Virus record (IMG/VR): IMGVR_UViG_3300008259_000017
Location: 8,879 to 72,878 of that record
Source of the DNA: a virus
Strand: one strand, 5' to 3'
DNA length: 64,000 nucleotides
Part shown: piece after piece, positions 7,764-17,488 of the stretch
Layout of the letters: every line of letters starts with the position of its first letter
How positions within the stretch are numbered: position 1 is the stretch's first letter
Program-made: the position numbers and the translations under genes
Notes under the pieces: model-generated
What the model saw: only the letters and a program-made list of their open reading frames with translations
What the model was told of the DNA's origin: nothing
Databases searched by the model: none

Positions 7764-10700
7764 ATGGGAAAATCTAAATATCCAGAAAAATATGATACAT
7801 CTATTGAAATACCTGTAATAAGAGGAAATATAAATGAATTAAGTGTTGATTACATTAATTCATTAAGATCTGCTTTGCTGCAAATTCAGCATACACTTGG
7901 TATTATGCCACAGGGTGCTGCAATTGGTACTGTTGCAGATAGGCTTTCTAAATCATTAGACTCATCTGGATCTATAAAAAAAGAAGCATTAGATTCTGCT
8001 GGTGTTATTTATGGTCCAATAACAAATGATAACATTTCCAAAGTTGCAGCAATTGATGAAGCAAAATTAAAACTAGATTTTCCAACCAAGATTCTTCAAA
8101 CCGAATATTCATTATTGAATTCAAAGCTAAACGAGGTAATAACGGATTTAGAAGAGGTTATTTCTAAACTTGGATCACACGTATATGTTGACGCTGTAAA
8201 TAGACATTCTGGAAAATCAATAAAAATATCTGAGATTTTAGTAACTCCATCTGATTTAGCAATTGCAGAGTTAGCAGTAACAAATGCGCAAGATGCAATT
8301 GAGGCTATTTTTTCAAAGCACATAAATTATTCTGGTGCAAATATCTCAAGCGAAAATAATTCGCATTTGTCAAAACAAATATTTTTTGATAATACATCTG
8401 TTGCTGATGATATTCTAGGATCAGATTTACAAACAGTTGTAGAAGAGTTAGTTCCAATTTCAAGAAATTCACAGATTAAGCATCAAAATATATTCCATTC
8501 AAATGGGTATTTAAGATCTGGACTTATATCATTAGCTAAAACCTCTACGAGTATAGCATCTGATATATCAGTTGTATTTTTTAAATCTAATATTAGTGAT
8601 ACAAATAGAAAAACAAAAATTACACTAACCTCTCCACAAGAAGTTTTTGATATAAAAGAATATAATTATATTTCATTAAACTTGTCAAGTGGAACATTTT
8701 ATTATATAATATCTGATATAGAATTTGACTCAAGTAACTTGGTTCAGTCAATTTATATATATGGAAGTATTGACGAAGATTCAACTGGATCAAGTGTAAT
8801 TTCCATATTTAAAAGTGAAAATGCACCTACATCAGCGTGGGGCTTGGCCACCACAATAGTAGAATCACCGTCTTTATTATCAGCAAATATTCTAAAGATA
8901 GCAGATCCAAATTCACCAGGAGCCGTTTCTATTGGGTTTAAAACTAATGCTATAACCTCAGCAAATAGATATATTGGTTTAGAAGTATCTGGTAAGCTTT
9001 ATCAAATAAATTGTTATAATAATTTAAAAGACTATCAAACTATTGACTCTGTAATATCAACAATGAATGAATCTCTAACTGAATCTGGAGCCCCAGCTTT
9101 GGCATACAAAGTTCCTGGAGTAGAAACAGATCAATTAGAAATTGCAATAGTTTTAAATATAAAAGAAAAAGATTCATATTTAAAGTTATATAGAATAGAT
9201 GATGCAATAGATTTAATTGGATTTTCAAAATATGAAGATATTGAAATTTATCCAACAACAGGAAATCTTCATGTTATAAATGGTGTCCCTTATGAGGGAT
9301 CTCTTGAGTTAATGAATTTAACTGGATTGCAGCTTGATGCTAGTGCATCAATTTCTGGCGCAAACTTTTTAAATTATAATTTAAAAATAAATGACATACT
9401 AAATATAGTTGGAACAGATAGCGATGATGGAAGCTATATTATAGTAAATATAACTAGCACAAGGCTATATGTGAATTCAGCTCAATTATCAGGCGGCACA
9501 TGGGCCGGAATATCATCTGCAACGTCAAAGTTTATTGTATATAATGATGTGCAGTCATTTGATAATTATAACTTTATAAAGACATCTGGATCTCCAGCAG
9601 GATTATTATTTGAGTTAATTTTAAATGAAAATAATAAATTACACTACAGAACAATAGCAGAATATCAATCTCCTATTTGGTTTGGAACATCATTATTTTC
9701 AATAATAGAATGTGAGCAAGAAGCAGAGGTTGTAGAGAAGACTATAAATTTTGAAATAATAAATTCTGATTTATATTGCTACATAGAATCTTCTAATAAA
9801 ATAAAAATTACAAATTATAAAAATTATCCATTATCTTTATCAAATAACGAATATGATTCATTGCTAAAGCTATATATTTACAATGGAAGTCAAATAATTG
9901 GATATATGACATCTCTTGGTGTAACAAGTCTTTCTATACTTACAACTATTTATGAAAAGAAAAGTTATGAAAATATATTGTCATTGGCAACCGCATCATT
10001 TTATTCAACAAATGGAAGGATGGAGGGCGGTCCAGAAAGAACTCCATATATAAAGAGTGCACTAGATGTTGGATCGATATCTACAGATCAAATATCTCAA
10101 AAGGTAAGAAAAGAATTACAAGAAAGTATTTTTAAAGATACAAGATCAAACGGTATGACTAGGGGTCTTGAATTACTTTCAGTAGACGCAGACATTGTAA
10201 CTGGTAGTTATATAGTTTCTATATCATCAGGTGTTGCGTATGTAAACGGAAGAAGATTTAAAATAGATTCAATAACTAATTGGTCTACAAATATAGCTCA
10301 TGCAGACTTTGATAAAATTATTTTGGCTGTAAATAGCGATGGTCTGATTATAGCAGATGCTGCAAACTCAGCAGACTGTGTATTTTATATAAACCAGGAA
10401 GAATATGCTATAATTGGAACCGCAGAATATAACGGATCTAATATATCTATAATTGATCAAAGATTATTTATAAGTGAGCTAGATCTAAAACTGGTAAATT
10501 CTGTTACAGTAAGTCCTCAATATGGTCTTGGTCATTTTACAAATATAAATAAAGCACTAAAGTATGCAAAAAGATTTTCTCAGATATTTCCAGATGCTGG
10601 CACACCAGAGGTACTATTAAAGGCAGGATTGCATAAGCTGGTAGTTGACACAGGAGTAGACTATGGACTCTCAACAAACCAAACCTTGATAGACTCAGCA

Positions 10701-12176
10701 GATAATTATGGCATTTTGATAGATTTTCCTGTAAAAATAATAGGAGAAGGTGATTCTTCTATTGTAGATATAATGACTATTTATAATGATTATCCAGAAA
10801 GTGGCGATGATAGATCTACAGATGCAATAAATAAAGGTTATATTGTAATTATAGGTAGCGGTGCTTCCACTTATCATTCTCCATTTTCAACAGATAAATT
10901 AAATCTTGATTCTGTTGTATTAAAAGATTTTAAAATAAAAAATTCAACTATATTGTATTTAGATCCAAAACTTTCAGTTGCTGGAGATTCAACTGAGAAT
11001 TATCAATATCTAAAAATAGAAAATATATACTTTGACTGGTCAAATATAGAATATGTAGCCACGTTTTTAACGTCGTATTACTTTACAAATGCAAATGCAT
11101 TTTTGCTAGGATTATATGATGTAGCATCTGGATATGTCGGAGGATTTTCAATAAAAGATTGCACGTTTGATAATTGTTTTATTGACCTATCAACCTCCGG
11201 AGTTTCATACAAGAATATTACAGTCTCTGGAAATCAATTTTTCTCCAGAGGACAGTATAGCAATCCTTTGTATCCATCAATATTGATTAAGACTGAGTCG
11301 GGATCACTTTTAAATGATGGACCTGTTATATTTAATAATAGTGGAAAAATCTTAGGAATAGGAAACTGTATTTTTTATTCTGCAGATGGAACAGAAATAT
11401 TAAACAACTCAAGTGCATTGTTATGGAATGGAAATTTACTATTAGGAGATAGCTCAATATCTTTAGATGGAACTTTATCAGTAACAGATTCTATTCAGGC
11501 AAGTAGCTCTGGTTTCGTAGTAACAGCTCCTGCAACATTTAACGGAGCTGCCACCTTTTCAAGCGCAATAACGGCTGATGGTATATCAACATTTAACGGC
11601 GAAACAATATTTAATGCAGAAGCAACATTTGATGCTGATGCAATATTTAATTCTGCAGTTGATATAGCAGGCGTTTTAACTGTTACTGGAAACTTATCAG
11701 TATCTGGAGCTCTATGCTATATAGATACGCTTCTTGCTGTAACACAAAATGCATCATTTCAGCAAGATGCTTTTGTAGTTGGAGATTTGACTGTAACTGG
11801 CGCATTATCAGTATCTGGATCAAAGTCTTTTAAGATAAATCATCCTGATCCTAAAAAAGAAGATATGTATTTAGTTCACTCGGTAGTTGAAACAAATACT
11901 GCCGGTGACAACATGTATAGATGGTCGCTTGATTTAGAGCAAGGAGATAATTTTATAAAACTTGAAGATTATCATCCTTATTTAAATGGAAATGAAATGA
12001 TTTGGGTTTCACCAGCTGCAAGCTTTGGCGTTGGTTATGGAACTATAGATAAAGATAAAAATGAATTAATAATAACTGTTAATAATAAAGGTAAATATAA
12101 TATATTATTAATGTGCACAAGAATAGACCCTGATGCAAAACTATGGAAGGGTGTAGAGATATTAAAAAAGGAATAA
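7764..12176 (+). CDS. Tail spike/fibre protein with pectin-lyase-like beta-helix
   Basis: 1470 aa; GHFTNINKALKYA...LLKAGLH...IIGEG beta-helix entry motif, hexapeptide xxxTFN fibre repeats near 11520-11820, C-terminal GSKSFKINHP...HSVVE domain common in phage fibres. Confidence 0.7.
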   Translation: MGKSKYPEKYDTSIEIPVIRGNINELSVDYINSLRSALLQIQHTLGIMPQGAAIGTVADRLSKSLDSSGSIKKEALDSAGVIYGPITNDNISKVAAIDEAKLKLDFPTKILQTEYSLLNSKLNEVITDLEEVISKLGSHVYVDAVNRHSGKSIKISEILVTPSDLAIAELAVTNAQDAIEAIFSKHINYSGANISSENNSHLSKQIFFDNTSVADDILGSDLQTVVEELVPISRNSQIKHQNIFHSNGYLRSGLISLAKTSTSIASDISVVFFKSNISDTNRKTKITLTSPQEVFDIKEYNYISLNLSSGTFYYIISDIEFDSSNLVQSIYIYGSIDEDSTGSSVISIFKSENAPTSAWGLATTIVESPSLLSANILKIADPNSPGAVSIGFKTNAITSANRYIGLEVSGKLYQINCYNNLKDYQTIDSVISTMNESLTESGAPALAYKVPGVETDQLEIAIVLNIKEKDSYLKLYRIDDAIDLIGFSKYEDIEIYPTTGNLHVINGVPYEGSLELMNLTGLQLDASASISGANFLNYNLKINDILNIVGTDSDDGSYIIVNITSTRLYVNSAQLSGGTWAGISSATSKFIVYNDVQSFDNYNFIKTSGSPAGLLFELILNENNKLHYRTIAEYQSPIWFGTSLFSIIECEQEAEVVEKTINFEIINSDLYCYIESSNKIKITNYKNYPLSLSNNEYDSLLKLYIYNGSQIIGYMTSLGVTSLSILTTIYEKKSYENILSLATASFYSTNGRMEGGPERTPYIKSALDVGSISTDQISQKVRKELQESIFKDTRSNGMTRGLELLSVDADIVTGSYIVSISSGVAYVNGRRFKIDSITNWSTNIAHADFDKIILAVNSDGLIIADAANSADCVFYINQEEYAIIGTAEYNGSNISIIDQRLFISELDLKLVNSVTVSPQYGLGHFTNINKALKYAKRFSQIFPDAGTPEVLLKAGLHKLVVDTGVDYGLSTNQTLIDSADNYGILIDFPVKIIGEGDSSIVDIMTIYNDYPESGDDRSTDAINKGYIVIIGSGASTYHSPFSTDKLNLDSVVLKDFKIKNSTILYLDPKLSVAGDSTENYQYLKIENIYFDWSNIEYVATFLTSYYFTNANAFLLGLYDVASGYVGGFSIKDCTFDNCFIDLSTSGVSYKNITVSGNQFFSRGQYSNPLYPSILIKTESGSLLNDGPVIFNNSGKILGIGNCIFYSADGTEILNNSSALLWNGNLLLGDSSISLDGTLSVTDSIQASSSGFVVTAPATFNGAATFSSAITADGISTFNGETIFNAEATFDADAIFNSAVDIAGVLTVTGNLSVSGALCYIDTLLAVTQNASFQQDAFVVGDLTVTGALSVSGSKSFKINHPDPKKEDMYLVHSVVETNTAGDNMYRWSLDLEQGDNFIKLEDYHPYLNGNEMIWVSPAASFGVGYGTIDKDKNELIITVNNKGKYNILLMCTRIDPDAKLWKGVEILKKE

Positions 12177-12179
12177 CAA

Positions 12180-15100
12180 ATGTCAAAATCATTATTTCCA
12201 GGTAAGATAGACTCATCAAAAGAGTTGCCAATAGTTAGAAACAATGTAACTGAAATAAATGCAGAAGTAATAAATTCCTTAAGGGATGCAATTATTCAGA
12301 TTGAAAAAACCCTTGGAATAAACCCACAGGGTAGCTCAACTGTATCAGAAAGAATATCTGGGATAATGGACTCCTATGGATCTTTGAAAAAAGATGCATT
12401 AGATGAGGCGGGAGTTATTTATGGACCAATAACAAATGATAATATATCCAAAGTTGCAGCAATTGATGAGGCAAAACTTAAGTTAGACTTTCCTACAAAA
12501 GTTCTTCAAACAGAATATTCATTGGTAAAAAAAGAGCTTGACAGCTTTATTGCTACATTAACAGAAGTTTCCGCAAAGTTATCATCACATTTAAATGCAA
12601 ACTCTTCCTCTAGGCATAATTCAAGAAATATATATGTTTTGGCAAATACTGCAGCTGAAAGTGAGGTTGCACTACAGTCATTTATAGGCGGCTCTTTGGA
12701 AGAGTTTATAAATGACTTTTTTAATTCACATGTTAATTTCCTAGGAAATACATCTCAGGATAATAGATCTCATAATGCTTCACAAATATATTATGATAAC
12801 TCAAAGACATCATCAGCAATTACGTCTGTAGATGTTCAGGGAGCAATTGATGATTTAGCAAGCAAAGAATCTATTCTTCTTAAGACAAATCTTTTTGCAA
12901 CAAATTCAAATGGAATTCCAAGGCACTTTAAGGCAATAGATATTTTAAATAATTTAAATGGAAAGTTAATATTAAATAGCTCAGTAGTCACTTACTCTGC
13001 AAATAATACATCATTACAAGTTTTAACTTTTTCAACTCCACAAGCTTTATTATATGATATAGAAAAATTTGACATAGCAGTATTGTCAAATTCTTTTGAC
13101 ATAAATGATGATAAAGAATATCTAATTTTAGATTACTCACTAGATGGTAGCGGAAATCTTCAATCAATAACTATTTTGGGTGGAACAAAAAATGATTCAA
13201 TCGAAACATCTTCTGTAGAAATAGTTAAAAATCCATATCAATATACAAACATAAATGCTTACAACACAACTGTAAGACCAAGATATAACAGGACAAATAC
13301 TCCCGACGTAATTGTGGCTCATCCAAATTCTGCTACAATTATATCTAGTGGAATCTGCCCAGAGAAAATAAACTCTGCTGTAAAATTTTTAAATTTGGAA
13401 ATAGATGGGGCCACTTATTCAATTGATATGTATGATGTTCTAAACCCATATCAAACTATTGATACTATAGTATGGTCATTAAATACATATTTTTCTGATA
13501 ACAGAGTTCCAGCATTTGCTTATAAACAAAGAGTTTCCAGCTGTTATGAGATTGCAATATCTCATTTGATCCCAACATGGACTGACTCAAGTTTAAATAG
13601 GTATATTAAGGTAAAAGAAAGCAACACAAATGATGCATCCGCTGTATTAGGTTTTTCAAATTTTATAGATAAGGAAATATACGGAAGCTATGGAAATTCC
13701 ATTTTAATAAATGGAATAACAATTTCTGATCCAGGATTTATTTCCTCTTATACTTCTTCAGATGTTGAGCTTGTAGTTGGAACAAATAATGTTTTATTTA
13801 ATACAGCAAATCCACTACAACTTGGAATTAAAATTGGAAACTTATGCCATATAGATAACGTTGGAACATATAGAGTAATAGGTGTTTATAGCGGCTATAT
13901 AGTGCTAGATGATCAAGATTATTTATTTACTGCAAATATTGCAGCTGGTGAAAAGTTATTTATATATAGCGGAACAGTTTCACTGGAGGCATTGGAATTC
14001 TCAGAGATAGTGGGCCCAGATGGATCTATATTATTAGATATATTTATGACAGAGCAGTCAAAACTAGGTTATAGCATAAGGGCAACTATAGAGGGGTCAC
14101 TTCAGGATTCAGCATTTTATGGTGCAATAACAGATATTTCGAGAAATTATTCAATAGGCCTATCGGATGTTATTACAATATCAACTGCAGGCATTGCAAC
14201 TGTAGACAATGGACTTGAAACATCATCTGGTGACAAGATATATAACTCTGGAGAATATGCTGTAAGATCTCCGGATGGAGCTTCCTTCTATAAGATAAAT
14301 GTAACTGGAGGCTTCCCCACAGTTAATACCTCAGTTACTGTAACTGGAGTTTCAGAGGTGGCATATGGAAACTTTCAACTATCAAGGGTGCTTTATTCGA
14401 CTTCTCTAGGATTTATTTTAGGAGACTCAAATATTGGAATACCATCTGTATTAGATAAAAGAGCCACTGGAACAACAAACGAGATAATAATTTCTCCTTC
14501 ATTAATAGAGAAGTATATAGAAGGTCCAAGATCAGAATTAAGAGGGGATGGAGTTGTAAGTGGAATGGAGGTAACTCTAGCAGACGTTACTCCAACAGAA
14601 TGCACAATAAGTATATCAGCAGGGTTTGTTTATATATCAGGAATAAGATACAAGTTTGATGGAATAGAGGAATTGCCATTTACACATGATGGTCTAAATT
14701 TTTATATTGTAGTTGACAAGAATGGATGTCTAAGAGTTTCGCAGGAAATACAAGAGCCATCAAGTTCTAATTATGTATCGCCATTTTTTGGACTAAGAGT
14801 TGCTTATGTTCTATATGCTGAATATGTATTATCAAGTTTTACACTTGTAGATCTGCGAAAGAGCATTGCAGCTATAGATAAAAAAATAAATGAAATAATT
14901 GTTGCAGAGGAAGAGTCAGCAGGGCATTTTACATCTATAAAAAAAGCAGTAGATTATGCAAGGGTTTATAAAAAACTCTATGAAGTAAGTGCAAGACCTT
15001 CTATTTTAATAAAAAATGGAACATATATAGTAGATGAACCAATATGGCTGGACTTTGATATATCTATATCTGGAAGCGGTCCAGAAACAATAATAACTAA

Positions 15101-15767
15101 ATCTTCTGATATGTTAGATGTTTCAAATACATTTTTATCTGTTTTCTCAGAAGATGATTACCAGCATGCAGCATTTATAATTGGCTCTCCTACAGCAGAC
15201 TATTATCAATCAGAAGATATTGTTTATGGAATAACTATATCCAATCTGACATGTTTAACACCTAGTGACATTTCTTCTTTAACTAATAGTTATTTTAACT
15301 TTTTCTTTTTAATTTTGCAATATAAAAATTATAGCGAATTTGCTTCTTATAAGTTTAATAATATAAACTTTATAGGAAACTCATCAATGATGGGAAGCGA
15401 CAATAATGATCCTGCAACATTAAATGGCGAAAGGCAAGATCTTTCAATTGTATTTGCTAATGCACATGGACAGCCATACCCTCCAACATACGGAGCTTTG
15501 TTTGTAAGTAATTGTTTCTTTAGCTATTCTGGAACCGAATGGGCAGCTCTTGGTTGCTTATTTACCTATGCAGGCATTTATGCTATAAGGGACGTAATTA
15601 TAACTTCAAATATTTTTAAAAAATGCTCACCAAATATAGAAAATGTAGCATCAGGAGATTATGAAATTTTTGGAATCTCTGATAACTATACGCTAACAAA
15701 TCCCTCTGTTTCGATCCCATTCTTGGAATCTGAAATTATTGTTGCTAACAATGCTACAGCTGATTAA
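12180..15767 (+). CDS. Tail spike/fibre protein, paralog of 7764..12176
   Basis: 1195 aa; colinear N-terminal ~900 aa with the upstream gene, GHFTSIKKAVDYA...IKNGTYIV...ISGSGPET beta-helix entry, divergent C-terminus. Confidence 0.7.
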   Translation: MSKSLFPGKIDSSKELPIVRNNVTEINAEVINSLRDAIIQIEKTLGINPQGSSTVSERISGIMDSYGSLKKDALDEAGVIYGPITNDNISKVAAIDEAKLKLDFPTKVLQTEYSLVKKELDSFIATLTEVSAKLSSHLNANSSSRHNSRNIYVLANTAAESEVALQSFIGGSLEEFINDFFNSHVNFLGNTSQDNRSHNASQIYYDNSKTSSAITSVDVQGAIDDLASKESILLKTNLFATNSNGIPRHFKAIDILNNLNGKLILNSSVVTYSANNTSLQVLTFSTPQALLYDIEKFDIAVLSNSFDINDDKEYLILDYSLDGSGNLQSITILGGTKNDSIETSSVEIVKNPYQYTNINAYNTTVRPRYNRTNTPDVIVAHPNSATIISSGICPEKINSAVKFLNLEIDGATYSIDMYDVLNPYQTIDTIVWSLNTYFSDNRVPAFAYKQRVSSCYEIAISHLIPTWTDSSLNRYIKVKESNTNDASAVLGFSNFIDKEIYGSYGNSILINGITISDPGFISSYTSSDVELVVGTNNVLFNTANPLQLGIKIGNLCHIDNVGTYRVIGVYSGYIVLDDQDYLFTANIAAGEKLFIYSGTVSLEALEFSEIVGPDGSILLDIFMTEQSKLGYSIRATIEGSLQDSAFYGAITDISRNYSIGLSDVITISTAGIATVDNGLETSSGDKIYNSGEYAVRSPDGASFYKINVTGGFPTVNTSVTVTGVSEVAYGNFQLSRVLYSTSLGFILGDSNIGIPSVLDKRATGTTNEIIISPSLIEKYIEGPRSELRGDGVVSGMEVTLADVTPTECTISISAGFVYISGIRYKFDGIEELPFTHDGLNFYIVVDKNGCLRVSQEIQEPSSSNYVSPFFGLRVAYVLYAEYVLSSFTLVDLRKSIAAIDKKINEIIVAEEESAGHFTSIKKAVDYARVYKKLYEVSARPSILIKNGTYIVDEPIWLDFDISISGSGPETIITKSSDMLDVSNTFLSVFSEDDYQHAAFIIGSPTADYYQSEDIVYGITISNLTCLTPSDISSLTNSYFNFFFLILQYKNYSEFASYKFNNINFIGNSSMMGSDNNDPATLNGERQDLSIVFANAHGQPYPPTYGALFVSNCFFSYSGTEWAALGCLFTYAGIYAIRDVIITSNIFKKCSPNIENVASGDYEIFGISDNYTLTNPSVSIPFLESEIIVANNATAD

Positions 15768-15787
15768 ACTAGGGTTGGCGGTAGAAA

Positions 15788-16273
15788 ATGGAAAAAGAAT
15801 ATTCAGCTATAGACATAATTTATAATCTTTATGAAAAATTTGAATCTTTTGAAAAAAGATTGCAAGCAATAGACGACAATATTAAAATACTTAACAATAA
15901 AGTTACCAAGATAAACAAGGTTGGAAATCAGCTTGTTGAGCATAAGCCAACTGCAATGCCTGCAAACCCTGTTGTGCAGGAGGACTTGGTGCAAGATATT
16001 AAGGTTGGAACACCAGAAAAGTTGGTACTTGGATCTGTAAAAGTTTTTGGATATATAGTAAACAGAATGAAGGAGCCAGTTCAGGATGTTGTTATAAATA
16101 TATATGATAATGAAAATAAGTTGATTAAATCTGCAAAATCTAATGGCGATGGATATTGGGACTTTAGACTTCCCTCTGGAAGCTATTCAATGCAATATAT
16201 TCATTCTAAATTTAAACCAATAAATAGAACTATAAAAATTCCAGAAAATGTAAAAGAATTTGAGGTAAGGTAA
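15788..16273 (+). CDS. Coiled-coil plus carboxypeptidase-regulatory-like (transthyretin-fold) domain protein
   Basis: VFGYIVN...EPVQDVVINIYD...SNGDGYWDFRLPSGSYSM pattern after an N-terminal coiled coil. Confidence 0.6.
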   Translation: MEKEYSAIDIIYNLYEKFESFEKRLQAIDDNIKILNNKVTKINKVGNQLVEHKPTAMPANPVVQEDLVQDIKVGTPEKLVLGSVKVFGYIVNRMKEPVQDVVINIYDNENKLIKSAKSNGDGYWDFRLPSGSYSMQYIHSKFKPINRTIKIPENVKEFEVR

Positions 16274-16626
16274 TGTTTTCAATTTCAATAAAAACTAATG
16301 AAACAATAAATGATATATTATCTTCAACAGTTAATACAATTAATAGCTATATAAAAACTAAATTGTCAAAAAAGACATCACTAATTAGTGATGAAAAAAT
16401 TGTAAATATAACCTCTGGAAATATACTTTCTAATAGAGATCCAGAAAAAGTTGTTGCAGAAATAAATTTTAAATATGAATTCTTAATAGATAAAGATAAG
16501 CTTGAAGATAAAGAAGAATTAGATAAGTTTATTTTTTACATAAAAAAATGTATATCTAATCTTTCTGATATAGAAAAGGAGATGTATATTCCTTTGCATA
16601 TGAGAGGTAAAGCTGATGATAGATGA
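16273..16626 (+). CDS. Hypothetical protein
   Basis: 117 aa, TAATG overlap with the upstream gene. Confidence 0.55.
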   Translation: MFSISIKTNETINDILSSTVNTINSYIKTKLSKKTSLISDEKIVNITSGNILSNRDPEKVVAEINFKYEFLIDKDKLEDKEELDKFIFYIKKCISNLSDIEKEMYIPLHMRGKADDR

Positions 16627-17425
16627 GATTAATTTGCCAGGACTTGGAACGAATGCTGACCACATCGTTTACTCAAGTTATTTTAATGATAATCATATAA
16701 TTCAGCAAACTGCAATAGTCCATCCAAAGTTTTTACTTATAGATGGACTTAGAAAAGTTTTCAGATCAGATTCTATCTATACATATAGAGATGATCAATA
16801 TGGTTATCCATTGACTCCAGACTTGACAGGCCTGACAATTGATTCTCCATTAACAACAAAAATTTTAATATCAGATTCCTATAGATATGAAACAAAATTT
16901 TATCCCGCTATAATAATAAAAGCATCAGGCGGATCTTACAAGCCAAACTCATTTAACCAAGACATGACCCTTAAATACAGGCATGATGTGATAACAAATG
17001 AGTTTGGTGGAAGAAGAAATGTTTCTACTCCAACCCACAGAGTTTACTCTGGAAGGTGGGAGTTGGGATTTGACATACAGATATATTCAGAAAGTTTATC
17101 AGAATTAAATGAACTTGTTGATATAACTTCTCTTATTTTACAATTTACTTTGTTTAATGAACTCAGATCTTCAGGACTTGTTATAACCAGATTAAATATT
17201 GGATCTGAAAATGCAGAGGCATATGCTAATGATTATGTATATAATACTAGTATAACACTGAATACACTCTCTGAGTGGAGAGCTGAAATACCTATAGATA
17301 ATTTAGTTGAAAAAATAGTTTTGAAAATTGAACCAACTTTTCACAGAGTGCCTGGAACGACTGCTTTATCACCTGAACTTACTAGTAAGTATAAAGATAT
17401 ATTAGAAATTACACAGATAACATAA
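16616..17425 (+). CDS. Putative tail completion/terminator protein
   Basis: 269 aa directly before sheath; FYPAIII and FDIQIYSES...ELNELVD motifs typical of tail terminator folds. Confidence 0.55.
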   Translation: MIDEINLPGLGTNADHIVYSSYFNDNHIIQQTAIVHPKFLLIDGLRKVFRSDSIYTYRDDQYGYPLTPDLTGLTIDSPLTTKILISDSYRYETKFYPAIIIKASGGSYKPNSFNQDMTLKYRHDVITNEFGGRRNVSTPTHRVYSGRWELGFDIQIYSESLSELNELVDITSLILQFTLFNELRSSGLVITRLNIGSENAEAYANDYVYNTSITLNTLSEWRAEIPIDNLVEKIVLKIEPTFHRVPGTTALSPELTSKYKDILEITQIT

Positions 17426-17488
17426 CTATGTTTTTAATTACAACTACTAATAATAATAAAATTATTGTAAAGCATATCGGAGGATTTG

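Noticed and set aside
11520-11820. Low-complexity hexapeptide repeat (xxxTFN/LxVxG) as a novel repeat
   Set aside because: Ordinary triple-beta-helix fibre shaft pattern.
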